Below are positions 16,710 to 24,290 of a stretch of 25,921 bases of DNA, one piece after another. The DNA lies in the NCBI GenBank assembly GCA_005882905.1, contig VBBG01000024.1:1-25921 (forward strand), written 5' to 3'. Numbering within the stretch: the first letter of the stretch is position 1; the number at the start of each line of letters is the position of its first letter. The stretch is from Candidatus Bathyarchaeota archaeon. GTDB taxonomy: Archaea > Thermoproteota > Bathyarchaeia > 40CM-2-53-6. The position numbers and the translations under genes were made by a program. The notes under the pieces were generated by a model that worked only from the letters and a program-made list of their open reading frames with translations, was not told the DNA's origin and ran no database searches.

Positions 16710-17090
16710 CTACTTGGCCTGGGGACGGCTGGCATTCTCAGCCGCGCGCGCTTTCACAATGCGTGTCACCAGTCCAGAGGGCAGAGGTCGATCGGGCGTG
16801 AAGCGGAGGGTCCCCTTCCCAGTCTCGAACGGCTTCAATTCGGCGGAAAACTGGCGACGGACCTTGGCACTTGCTATGAAGAAGCTGCAATGATCCTTAA
16901 ACGCGCCATAATAGACGAGCATCCCGTTGTCTCGAAACGCGGGCATCTTGTAGCTGATAATCTCCTCTGCTCCGGGTGCAGCGGCCTTGATGGTCCTCCG
17001 TAGCTGTTGTAAGGTGGCCCGGAATCTGGGTGGGACGCGCGCCAGGTAGTCGTCTACCTTCTTCGGAGAAGCGTTCTGTTGGGGAGCCAT
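16710..17090 (-). CDS. DUF1801 (YdhG-like) domain protein
   Basis: VDDYLA...LQQLRRTIKAAAPGAEEIISYKMPAF...YYGAFKDHCSF...KGTLRFTPDRPLP. Confidence 0.9.
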   Translation of the reverse strand: MAPQQNASPKKVDDYLARVPPRFRATLQQLRRTIKAAAPGAEEIISYKMPAFRDNGMLVYYGAFKDHCSFFIASAKVRRQFSAELKPFETGKGTLRFTPDRPLPSGLVTRIVKARAAENASRPQAK

Positions 17091-17125
17091 GAAAATCGAC
17101 GGGTCGGAGGGTTCTGATGGCTCCT

Positions 17126-17692
17126 TTACCTTATGGTGTCGGCTAGACGATTGATCTCTCTCGGTTCGCCTATAATCGCCTCGCAGAACTTGTCGCCCTT
17201 CCCCTGACAGGAGACCTCTATCGACTCACAGCTACTCCTGAGAATCGCTGCGACGGCTCCCGTGAGGATTCCACGTCCAAAATGGCAGACGTGTGTTTTG
17301 CCCGTCCTGTTTCTAACTGAAACCCCGTTCTTCCATCTTATCCTGGTAGACTTCTTAGAGAAATCGAAATCTACGACATCTATTTTTCCCCAGCCGCTCA
17401 TGGTCCCGAGGACATCTGCAACGCGCTGAATCTCTTGGGCGGTCTTGATTCCGAGACCTGCCTTTTGGGCTAGTTGAATGAACTTGGAGCCTCCTTCTCT
17501 GCCAATCTCGTATTCGAAACTGGTAGCCGTAACCGATCCGAGGCTCTCAGTCAACCTATCTTCTATAGAGTGGATCAGCTTGACAGGTATGAGGAGGAAC
17601 CTCTCACCATACGCGTTCAGAGTCCCTTTCTTCTGGTCGAGAATTAGATCTTTGACAGCGATTGCACTCTTTTTCTGAGCCTTCGTCTTCAT
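17126..17692 (-). CDS. Stand-alone V4R (4-vinyl reductase) ligand-binding domain protein
   Basis: GERFLLIP, GWGKIDV and CHFGRGILTG...EVSCQGKGDKFCE with the V4R Cys/Glu metal ligands. Confidence 0.9.
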   Translation of the reverse strand: MKTKAQKKSAIAVKDLILDQKKGTLNAYGERFLLIPVKLIHSIEDRLTESLGSVTATSFEYEIGREGGSKFIQLAQKAGLGIKTAQEIQRVADVLGTMSGWGKIDVVDFDFSKKSTRIRWKNGVSVRNRTGKTHVCHFGRGILTGAVAAILRSSCESIEVSCQGKGDKFCEAIIGEPREINRLADTIR

Positions 17693-17787
17693 CGAGAGAT
17701 CCGTGTTCGAGTGTTCAAAGACTGCTACTAATAGTCTAACTTTGTAGACGATCGGACCTTTGAGAGAAGGTCTTCTGAAGCTTGTCG

Positions 17788-18474
17788 CTAACTGGCGACG
17801 GAGGCAGATTCGCTGGTCTGCTCCCTCGAAAAATAGCCCCGGAGTCTTGTAATGATTCTGTTGCGCAGAGTATCCTTTCGTCCCAACAGACGGTTCTCCC
17901 AGTCGATGCCCACCAAGAAGTAAGCAATGGGAATCAGGAGTGCAACCGAGAGAATGCTGGTGTAGGTACCTGCTCCAAAAGACTGAACGATCGACTCGCC
18001 AAGTTGCCGAGCAAAGTAGAGAACGGTCAATATCCAGATGAATTTACCAGTGTAAAGGGAGAGGAGGGTCTTGGGCAGACTGTACCGAATCATGCCAAGA
18101 GGAATGAAGGCTGTGTCCACGAGTGGAGAAGCTGCGAAGACCAAGCCGACGAGAAACGTGCTTCCTCCAAGAAATTTGCGGAGGGAATCGAATCTCTCTG
18201 TCTTACCGATAGCTCGTCTCGATCCATAGCCCAGCGCGTAGCTCGCAAGCTTTCCAATGCAAGCCCCCAGCGCAGTTATTGATGCAATTTCGACGATTCC
18301 AAGTCCTTGAAAGGAGGATCCGGGGCTTGCTACAAGTCCCACTATTATGAGAAGCGATGGGGTCGGAACAAAGGGGAGAATGTTCCCTACGAGTCCGAGT
18401 ATGAAGACGAGGAGCAGTGGGTTGCCGGAGAATAGCGTTACAATCCAGTTGATCCAGTCCACAAGGAAGAACAT
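17788..18474 (-). CDS. DedA/VTT (SNARE-associated) membrane protein
   Basis: GNILPFVPTP, GACIGKLASYALGYG, FAASPLVDTAFIPLGMIRY and LYTGKFIW. Confidence 0.82.
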   Translation of the reverse strand: MFFLVDWINWIVTLFSGNPLLLVFILGLVGNILPFVPTPSLLIIVGLVASPGSSFQGLGIVEIASITALGACIGKLASYALGYGSRRAIGKTERFDSLRKFLGGSTFLVGLVFAASPLVDTAFIPLGMIRYSLPKTLLSLYTGKFIWILTVLYFARQLGESIVQSFGAGTYTSILSVALLIPIAYFLVGIDWENRLLGRKDTLRNRIITRLRGYFSREQTSESASVAS

Positions 18475-18591
18475 GATGACAGTAGCATCTTTTAGCCCAG
18501 CTCATGTTAGAAAAGCTATCTGAACTTGTCAAGGATGTACGGTGGCACGGCGTAGGCTTCAAAAACAAGGTTCCGAACCTGGCGGCAGAGT

Positions 18592-18906
18592 TTGATGCAG
18601 AAGGACGTCTACTCGAAGAAGATAACCTCAGAGGAGGAGCAGAAGCGCTTTGTGCTGATCTTGAAAGACCGTCTCTCGTTCTTCCCACTCGACGGGAAGG
18701 CATTTCGGCTAATCCACAACGGGCAGCCAAAGAAGGCGAGAGTCGAGTCATATCCATGCACTTGCAGAGGACCCGACCAGCCCCATTCCCACTACTTCGT
18801 CCGGACACCGGGTCTCAGAGCAGGGGACAGAGTCATCATTCAGAGAGATGTGAAAGGAGCTCCTCGCTACTTCCTCCAGGTCAAGCATCACCCCCGCAGA
18901 GCCTAG
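18592..18906 (+). CDS. Hypothetical basic protein with a CxC-x6-HxH motif
   Basis: 104 aa. YPCTCRGPDQPHSHYF and GLRAGDRVIIQR. Occupies the gap between the DedA gene and the MBL gene. Confidence 0.7.
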   Translation: MMQKDVYSKKITSEEEQKRFVLILKDRLSFFPLDGKAFRLIHNGQPKKARVESYPCTCRGPDQPHSHYFVRTPGLRAGDRVIIQRDVKGAPRYFLQVKHHPRRA

Positions 18907-18946
18907 CTCATTAATCAGCCTCCACAATCCGCGAACTGGTCGCATC

Positions 18947-20197
18947 ATGGTGAATATCCAGCTTCTCGGCGGGGTCGGAGAGATTGGCGGAAACAAGTTT
19001 CTCATACGAGACGGAGACTCCAAGCTACTGCTAGACTTCGGAATGAGCCTCGGACTACGAGGCCGGTTCTTCTCCGAGCCCTTCCTCGCCCCGAGGGACG
19101 GGCAAGGACTCATCTCTCTCCTCAGCCACTCACATATCGACCATGCTATGTGCATCTCACTCTTGAACCGGAAGATTCCTGTTTACTGCGGCGAGACCAC
19201 ACTCGCGATCCTACGAACACTCTCGGAGATGCGACAGAAAGGATTCGAGAATGATCTCGATGGGCTAGACTTCAGAACTTTCAGGACCGGGGACAAGATC
19301 AGCCTTGGAAACATTCAGTTGGAACCGATACATGTGGACCACAGCGTGCCGGGATCCTACGGGTTCCTGGTTCACACCTCGAGCGGAACCATTGCCTATA
19401 GCGGGGACTTTCGAGCTCACGGCTCGAAATCGACACTAACTACCGACTTTGTTGACAACGCCAAGAAATCGCCCCATGAAATCTTTCTCTGCGAAGGAAC
19501 AAACCTCGTAAGAGGAGACCTCCGGACAGAACAAGAAGTCCTCGAGAAATCAGAACATGTTATCAGAAAGACCACGGGACTAGTTCTAGCCAGCTTCTCG
19601 TCGGCAGACATTGACAGGCTTAGAACGTTCCATGAGATCGCCGAGAAGAGCGATAGGATCCTAGCATTGTCAATGAAGCAGGCGTATCTTCTCCGGTCCC
19701 TATCCAAGGACAAACACTTGGAGGTTCCCGATGTTCTGAAGGATCCTCACATCACGGTCTATCAACGGACAAAGAAGACTTACTATCACTGGGAGAAAGA
19801 CATCCTCGGACAAGCCAGCGTGAAGACGTCAAAGGATATTCGCGAGATGCAGGACAAAGTGATCCTTGCCTCAAGCTCCTACGACATGAACGAGGTCCTG
19901 GATATCCAACCGGGTCCAGGCGGTGCTTTCATCAACAGCAGCTCCGAACCGTTCAATGAGGAGATGGAGATTGACCATGAACGGTTCATCAACTGGCTAA
20001 ACCATTTTGGGCTTCCAATGTACCAGATACACAGCTCGGGCCACATGATGCCCACAGAACTCCGAGAAACAATCGGACAGATCCAACCCAAGCGACTGGT
20101 TCCGATCCACACCGAACAGCCCGAACTCTACAGGCTATTCGTAAAGGATTTGACCAAGGTCGAGCTGGGAACCAAAGGCTCAACCGTCGAACTATAA
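18947..20197 (+). CDS. Metallo-beta-lactamase/beta-CASP hydrolase (RNase J-like)
   Basis: GGVGEIGGNK, LLDFG, HSHIDH, PIHVDHS, YSGDFR, CEGT, HSSGH and LVPIH motifs. Confidence 0.88.
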   Translation: MVNIQLLGGVGEIGGNKFLIRDGDSKLLLDFGMSLGLRGRFFSEPFLAPRDGQGLISLLSHSHIDHAMCISLLNRKIPVYCGETTLAILRTLSEMRQKGFENDLDGLDFRTFRTGDKISLGNIQLEPIHVDHSVPGSYGFLVHTSSGTIAYSGDFRAHGSKSTLTTDFVDNAKKSPHEIFLCEGTNLVRGDLRTEQEVLEKSEHVIRKTTGLVLASFSSADIDRLRTFHEIAEKSDRILALSMKQAYLLRSLSKDKHLEVPDVLKDPHITVYQRTKKTYYHWEKDILGQASVKTSKDIREMQDKVILASSSYDMNEVLDIQPGPGGAFINSSSEPFNEEMEIDHERFINWLNHFGLPMYQIHSSGHMMPTELRETIGQIQPKRLVPIHTEQPELYRLFVKDLTKVELGTKGSTVEL

Positions 20198-20269
20198 CAC
20201 TTCACTCCACAACTGTTTTAGTTCTTGGATGAACATTAAGCCAGAGAATTCCATCTAAGCTGAGAGTTA

Positions 20270-20809
20270 ATGAAGAACTTGGAAACTACGACGAAAACAG
20301 AGCCAGTTGTTCTCAAGGATGGGCGGAGAGTCGGGATTCGACTCTACCGTCCGGCCGATAAGGAGGGACTGATTTCGATGTACGCTGGCCTGTCGCAGGA
20401 GGCCCTTCGGTGGAGTATGCCCCCATACAACCGTCAGAGGATTGAACGTTGGACCTCCAATTTGGAAAACACGATAGCGCTGATCGCGCACGATAAGAAT
20501 AGAATTGTGGGACATCTACAAATATCCATCGGGACTAGCCCAAGATTTCGAGAAATGGGCGATCTGTTCGTCTACATCCATCAGGAGTATCAGAATGTGG
20601 GATTAGGAGCGGCGCTAATGAGTCAGGCTATTGCCTTGGCTCGCGAACGACGACTGCATAGAGTCGAACTTACGGTCGTAGCGGATAATCACCGTGCCAT
20701 CCGCCTGTATGAGAAGGTCGGATTTCAGCGGGAGGGTTTGAAGAGAGAGAACTATCTGGGAGAAGATGGGAAGTACCATGATGAAATAATAATGGGTATT
20801 CTCCTATGA
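20270..20809 (+). CDS. GNAT-family N-acetyltransferase
   Basis: VYIHQEYQNVGLGAALM acetyl-CoA motif, VELTVVADNHRAIRLYEKVGF. ATTAAG TATA-like element about 27 nt upstream. Confidence 0.93.
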   Translation: MKNLETTTKTEPVVLKDGRRVGIRLYRPADKEGLISMYAGLSQEALRWSMPPYNRQRIERWTSNLENTIALIAHDKNRIVGHLQISIGTSPRFREMGDLFVYIHQEYQNVGLGAALMSQAIALARERRLHRVELTVVADNHRAIRLYEKVGFQREGLKRENYLGEDGKYHDEIIMGILL

Positions 20810-20947
20810 TTCCTGCACGGAGCGAAGGTTTGAAGCTGATCCGAGCCCGTTTTGAGTCTATTCTCCGGGTTTTGGCCTTGCCCGCGAGTTAGACGATTAC
20901 TCGCCCAAGGAGACGTGTGCTTGTTCGATAGTGCGGGACCGGAGTCG

Positions 20948-21139
20948 CTAGTTGTGGCGACGCTGTCTCTGAGCGTGGGCCTTTCCATGCTTCCTTCGAG
21001 CCTTGGCCCGCTCCTCCTCGATGGTAACAAGGAGAGTGTCGCCTCTCTCGAGGCCAAGTTGCTGCAGATACGACCTGGGAACGACTAGTCTGACCTTGTT
21101 GGCTTCGTCGATCATCTTTACTTCTAACACACTGCTCAT
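20948..21139 (-). CDS. AbrB/MazE/SpoVT-family DNA-binding protein
   Basis: RLVVPRSYLQQLGLERGDTLLVTIEE swapped-hairpin signature and a basic tail. Probable start is ATG at 21139. Confidence 0.75.
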   Translation of the reverse strand: MSSVLEVKMIDEANKVRLVVPRSYLQQLGLERGDTLLVTIEEERAKARRKHGKAHAQRQRRHN

Positions 21140-21142
21140 AGA

Positions 21143-21169
21143 ATAGCTTCTGCTATCCGGCGGTATAAG
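21143..21169 (-). promoter_or_regulatory. Leaderless promoter of the AbrB-like gene: TATA (CTTATA, 21164-21169) plus ATAGC-N4-GCTAT palindrome (21143-21156)
   Basis: The TATA box ends 25 nt before the ATG, and the palindrome lies between box and start. Confidence 0.45.
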
Positions 21170-21301
21170 AACTGTGGATTTGTAGAGTTGCATAAGAGCC
21201 CGAGATCTAGTAGAGGGTTGTCATTGGAAGCGTCGATACTCAGAGGAGGTAAAATGGTAGTGAAGTTACCTTGCGGAGTAGAAATGGTAGAAAGCGGAAA
21301 G

Positions 21302-22009
21302 CTACTCTGATGGCTTTGACCCGAAGTACAAGCCGCGCCCCATAAGCCCCTCGCGGTCATGCCTAACCTCTAATCCAGCGTCCTTGAAGGCATTCCGATA
21401 CTCTCTATCGGGAAAGAGCCCGAGCTCAAGACGTTCCACGAAGTATTCAATCCCTCCAGGCGAAGCCACGAGATGATGTTCGTCGTTGATTGAAAGTCCG
21501 CGTCTGCGTTTGCCGATACTCATGCGGGCGAGTTTCAGATCGGGCTGATCCACAAAGTTGGCCGAAATGTGTCTTACGATCCACTGATCAGGTGTGATCC
21601 ATGGTTCAAGCACCAGTAATCCTCTGGGCTCGAGGTGTTGAGACATTCTTTCTACCGCCTTTCGTAGCCTCGTCTTGGTTTTGACGTGTCCGATGGCACT
21701 GAAGAGGCATGTGATAACCGCGAATCGTTTCCTCAGAATGAAGCTACACATGTCTCCCCAGTGGAAGGTTATTCTCGGATGCTTCTTTTTCGCCTGTTTC
21801 AGCATCGTGAGGTTGATGTCGAGGCCTTCGACATCATACCACTGCTTGAGATATTTCAGATGGTTTCCGGTTCCACAGGCTACATCGAGTAGCGTATTGC
21901 CCGTTGCCTTCTTGTAACGTTCTATGAACTGGTGGAGCTTGTTGCTTTCCTTCTCGTAGTTCTTCCGGCTATAGATCGCGTCGTAATAGACGGCGGATCT
22001 TCCGTACAA
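21302..22009 (-). CDS. Class I SAM methyltransferase, TylM1/DesVI-like N-methyltransferase group
   Basis: MY..SAVYYDAIY..KNYEKE, LLDVACGTGNHL, GDM..F, FAVITCLFSAIGH and LVLEPW. Confidence 0.85.
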   Translation of the reverse strand: MYGRSAVYYDAIYSRKNYEKESNKLHQFIERYKKATGNTLLDVACGTGNHLKYLKQWYDVEGLDINLTMLKQAKKKHPRITFHWGDMCSFILRKRFAVITCLFSAIGHVKTKTRLRKAVERMSQHLEPRGLLVLEPWITPDQWIVRHISANFVDQPDLKLARMSIGKRRRGLSINDEHHLVASPGGIEYFVERLELGLFPDREYRNAFKDAGLEVRHDREGLMGRGLYFGSKPSE

Positions 22010-22052
22010 TGTCGAGGAACATCACAGCTACGAGGTTGACTGCTCGCAGAAT

Positions 22053-22676
22053 CTATTGGTGAAGAGGCAAGACAAGAGCTTCTTCAGGTCTCAGAAGGCC
22101 GATCGTAATGAGTTGCGTAACAACTTCCAGAACCTGGTTTCGAATCTCGGTAGGCGCTAGTTTCTTCTCTCCGGCAATGTCGACAATGACCTCCTCCAAA
22201 GTCTTCTCTCCGTTGCTTCTCTCCCAGAGATTCGCGATGTCATCGCTTCCTAAATAGCGAGCATTGGCCTCGTTGATCAGAACGATTTTCCCGTCCGGGG
22301 TCTTGGCAATGTGTCCCTTCTTCTTCGGCTTGAAGGTCGCGGGGTTGAACTCGATTGTGACTGGTTCCTCTCCAGCCTCTAGCCGTTTCCTGGCTTCGGG
22401 ATTCATCTTGTCGGGAGTCCACGGTGGGTCCCAGACAATCTCGACTTCTGCTTTCTTCACCCCGGGTATCTTCTCGATTTCCGTCTGTACCTGGTGCATG
22501 AGGTAGGCGTGGGCTGGGCAACCCATGGTGGTAAGTGTCATCCGGACTTTGACACTGTCCTCGTCTATCGCGACATTGTATACCAGCCCGAGGTCTACGA
22601 TGTTGACTGGTATCTCGGGGTCGTAGCAGTTGCGGAGGGCGTTCATCACGCCATCCACCGTGAGAGAGTCAGCCAT
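22053..22676 (-). CDS. DUF59/FeS_assembly_P (SufT/MIP18-like) domain fused to a C-terminal PqqD/RRE-like domain
   Basis: YDPEIPVNIVDLGLVY, MTLTTMGCPAH and VWDPPWTPDKM, then IVLINE..RY....ANLWERSNGEKTLEEVI...VLEVVTQLITIGLL. ATG at 22676 (TTG at 22679 in the track). Confidence 0.88.
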   Translation of the reverse strand: MADSLTVDGVMNALRNCYDPEIPVNIVDLGLVYNVAIDEDSVKVRMTLTTMGCPAHAYLMHQVQTEIEKIPGVKKAEVEIVWDPPWTPDKMNPEARKRLEAGEEPVTIEFNPATFKPKKKGHIAKTPDGKIVLINEANARYLGSDDIANLWERSNGEKTLEEVIVDIAGEKKLAPTEIRNQVLEVVTQLITIGLLRPEEALVLPLHQ

Positions 22677-22757
22677 CAAATACCGACCTTGATCGTATTT
22701 GCAGCTTGGGACTAATAGATATGTCCTAACCCTTGGCCCTGAGACTGTCCACAGATT

Positions 22758-23060
22758 CTATGAGCTCGACCCGATTTGGCCTAGTGAGTCATTTTCGCCA
22801 GTTGGCTCGTGTTCTGATCGGGTTTTCTTGCGCTCATCCGGGTCAATGCCAGTTTCTCCTCTTCCAGCTTGACCTCTCTCACCCTTGAAGGAGTCTGCCG
22901 TCTTCGCGGTTGCTGGAGGCTCATGTTCAACGCACCATTTTGTGAGAGCCGCCTCTGCAGCCTTGCTAATCGATCCTCGGTCATAGCCATAGATGCTCAT
23001 GGCTACCCGCCTGAACTTCTCGTTCAAGCTGTCTGAAAGGTAGACCTTCAACTCTGCCAT
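22758..23060 (-). CDS. Ribbon-helix-helix (CopG-like) DNA-binding protein with a disordered tail
   Basis: ELKVYLSDSLNEKFRRVAM..YGYDRGSISKAAEAALTKW: a beta-strand followed by two helices. Confidence 0.75.
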   Translation of the reverse strand: MAELKVYLSDSLNEKFRRVAMSIYGYDRGSISKAAEAALTKWCVEHEPPATAKTADSFKGERGQAGRGETGIDPDERKKTRSEHEPTGENDSLGQIGSSS

Positions 23061-23186
23061 ATCGCTTGGACCTTTCCTCCCTTGCCACTAAAGGGACGAC
23101 GCCTAACTGGATAGTGTAACAGGAGTTGACCTTGGAGTAGTTCCGTCACGTGTAATTCCTGACGAGCCTCCATAGCCTATGGAAAA

Positions 23187-23675
23187 GTGTTCGTGATGTC
23201 AAGGCAGTCAAGCATGATGGACAATTTCCGACCCATAATGCCTCCACTCATACGACTCCTCGCAGGAATCATCGTACTCATTGTCATACAAGCAACAGTC
23301 CTCGGCTTCCCAGGCATAACCCAGTTCATTCCAGGCACAAGCCTAACCATTGCCAGCATGATACTCTTCACACTCGGGCTAGTCGTAGCAGGCATCGTCC
23401 TCAAGTTCGGCACACAACTCGCCGAATCCCTAGGCGATGCATACAAGCGCTACCGGACATGGACACCACTACTCGCCTACCTGTTCCAGATCACCGCCCT
23501 ATTCATACTCTACACGGTCTCCAAGCCAGTCACCAGCAGCTTCTTTGCAAGCGTCCCCTGGGCCTATCCATTGCTATTCCTGCTCATAGCTCTAGCACCA
23601 ACCATCAAGGTCGTCCTCAGGTTAGTCAACGGCCTTGAAGGTCGAAACGCTCCAAGACGCCTCCAGACCAACTAG
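23187..23675 (+). CDS. Four-TM hypothetical membrane protein (start may be ATG 23214/23217)
   Basis: Four hydrophobic segments and a basic C-terminal tail. Strong C/A third-position bias supports coding status. Confidence 0.8.
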   Translation: MFVMSRQSSMMDNFRPIMPPLIRLLAGIIVLIVIQATVLGFPGITQFIPGTSLTIASMILFTLGLVVAGIVLKFGTQLAESLGDAYKRYRTWTPLLAYLFQITALFILYTVSKPVTSSFFASVPWAYPLLFLLIALAPTIKVVLRLVNGLEGRNAPRRLQTN

Positions 23676-23775
23676 CGTCCGCTGACAAATAGCTAGAATT
23701 GTACAGTTTATGCCCAGCCGGGTCGGATGATAGGATAAACCCCCGTTTTTGATGTCGTCACGATTTCTCCGAGAA

Positions 23776-24168
23776 CTAAGCGCCCGGGCATTTGCACAGG
23801 TCATTGAGTCCAAGCTTGATGAGGATAATCGCAACTATCATGGCAGTAGCAATCGGGACACCTACGGCGCTGGAGACAAGCGGAGCGACTGCGTTGGCCA
23901 GAGCTTGAAAGTTGACATATTGATTCCTCTTGTCGCAGTAGTGCCAGTCGACACATATCTTTGTCCTCAGCTTATCTAAGGAGCCTGAGACAAAGGCTCT
24001 TCCGCGCTGTGTTGCGACCTGCTTTGTAACTACGGCGGTCCCTGGATACTCGGGGGAAACAAGAGAACGTCCCAGTACCTCGTAGAGATCATCGATATTT
24101 TTCGAGTGAAGTTGCTCGAAATTGGGTGATGACATATCGACTGCTCTTGGGCGGGGATTTTGTGCCAT
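23776..24168 (-). CDS. Hypothetical protein with a C-terminal hydrophobic helix flanked by Cx5C and CxC
   Basis: KICVDWHYC...VGVPIATAMIVAIILIKLGLNDLCKC. Probable start is ATG at 24168. Confidence 0.65.
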   Translation of the reverse strand: MAQNPRPRAVDMSSPNFEQLHSKNIDDLYEVLGRSLVSPEYPGTAVVTKQVATQRGRAFVSGSLDKLRTKICVDWHYCDKRNQYVNFQALANAVAPLVSSAVGVPIATAMIVAIILIKLGLNDLCKCPGA

Positions 24169-24290
24169 AATTAGGTTCCTAGTTGAGACGAGTCGAGACC
24201 GCAGGGACGAGAAATCTGGGACTCGACGCACTCGATCATTGCTCTAAATATGCCATGCACTGACGCACGAAACAGAGTTGGGATGGTTCT

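Noticed and set aside
16456-17003. Plus-strand ORFs 16456-16893 and 16650-17003, and a 10-nt direct repeat GCGCAGACCG (16624, 16693)
   Set aside because: They overlap PadR and DUF1801, and their composition is not protein-like. Two copies of a 10-mer are not a CRISPR or a meaningful repeat.
20752-21057. ORF downstream of AbrB considered as a cognate toxin
   Set aside because: No PIN/RelE/MazF features; it overlaps both AbrB and the GNAT 3' end, and is low-complexity.
21136-21360. 74-aa Ser/Thr/Pro-rich ORF with an ATGA overlap onto the AbrB start, considered as an RRE precursor peptide
   Set aside because: Its only start lies inside the MT gene, and it runs through a terminator-like tract and the AbrB promoter. 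There is no leader/core pattern. Worth revisiting only if homologues conserve it.
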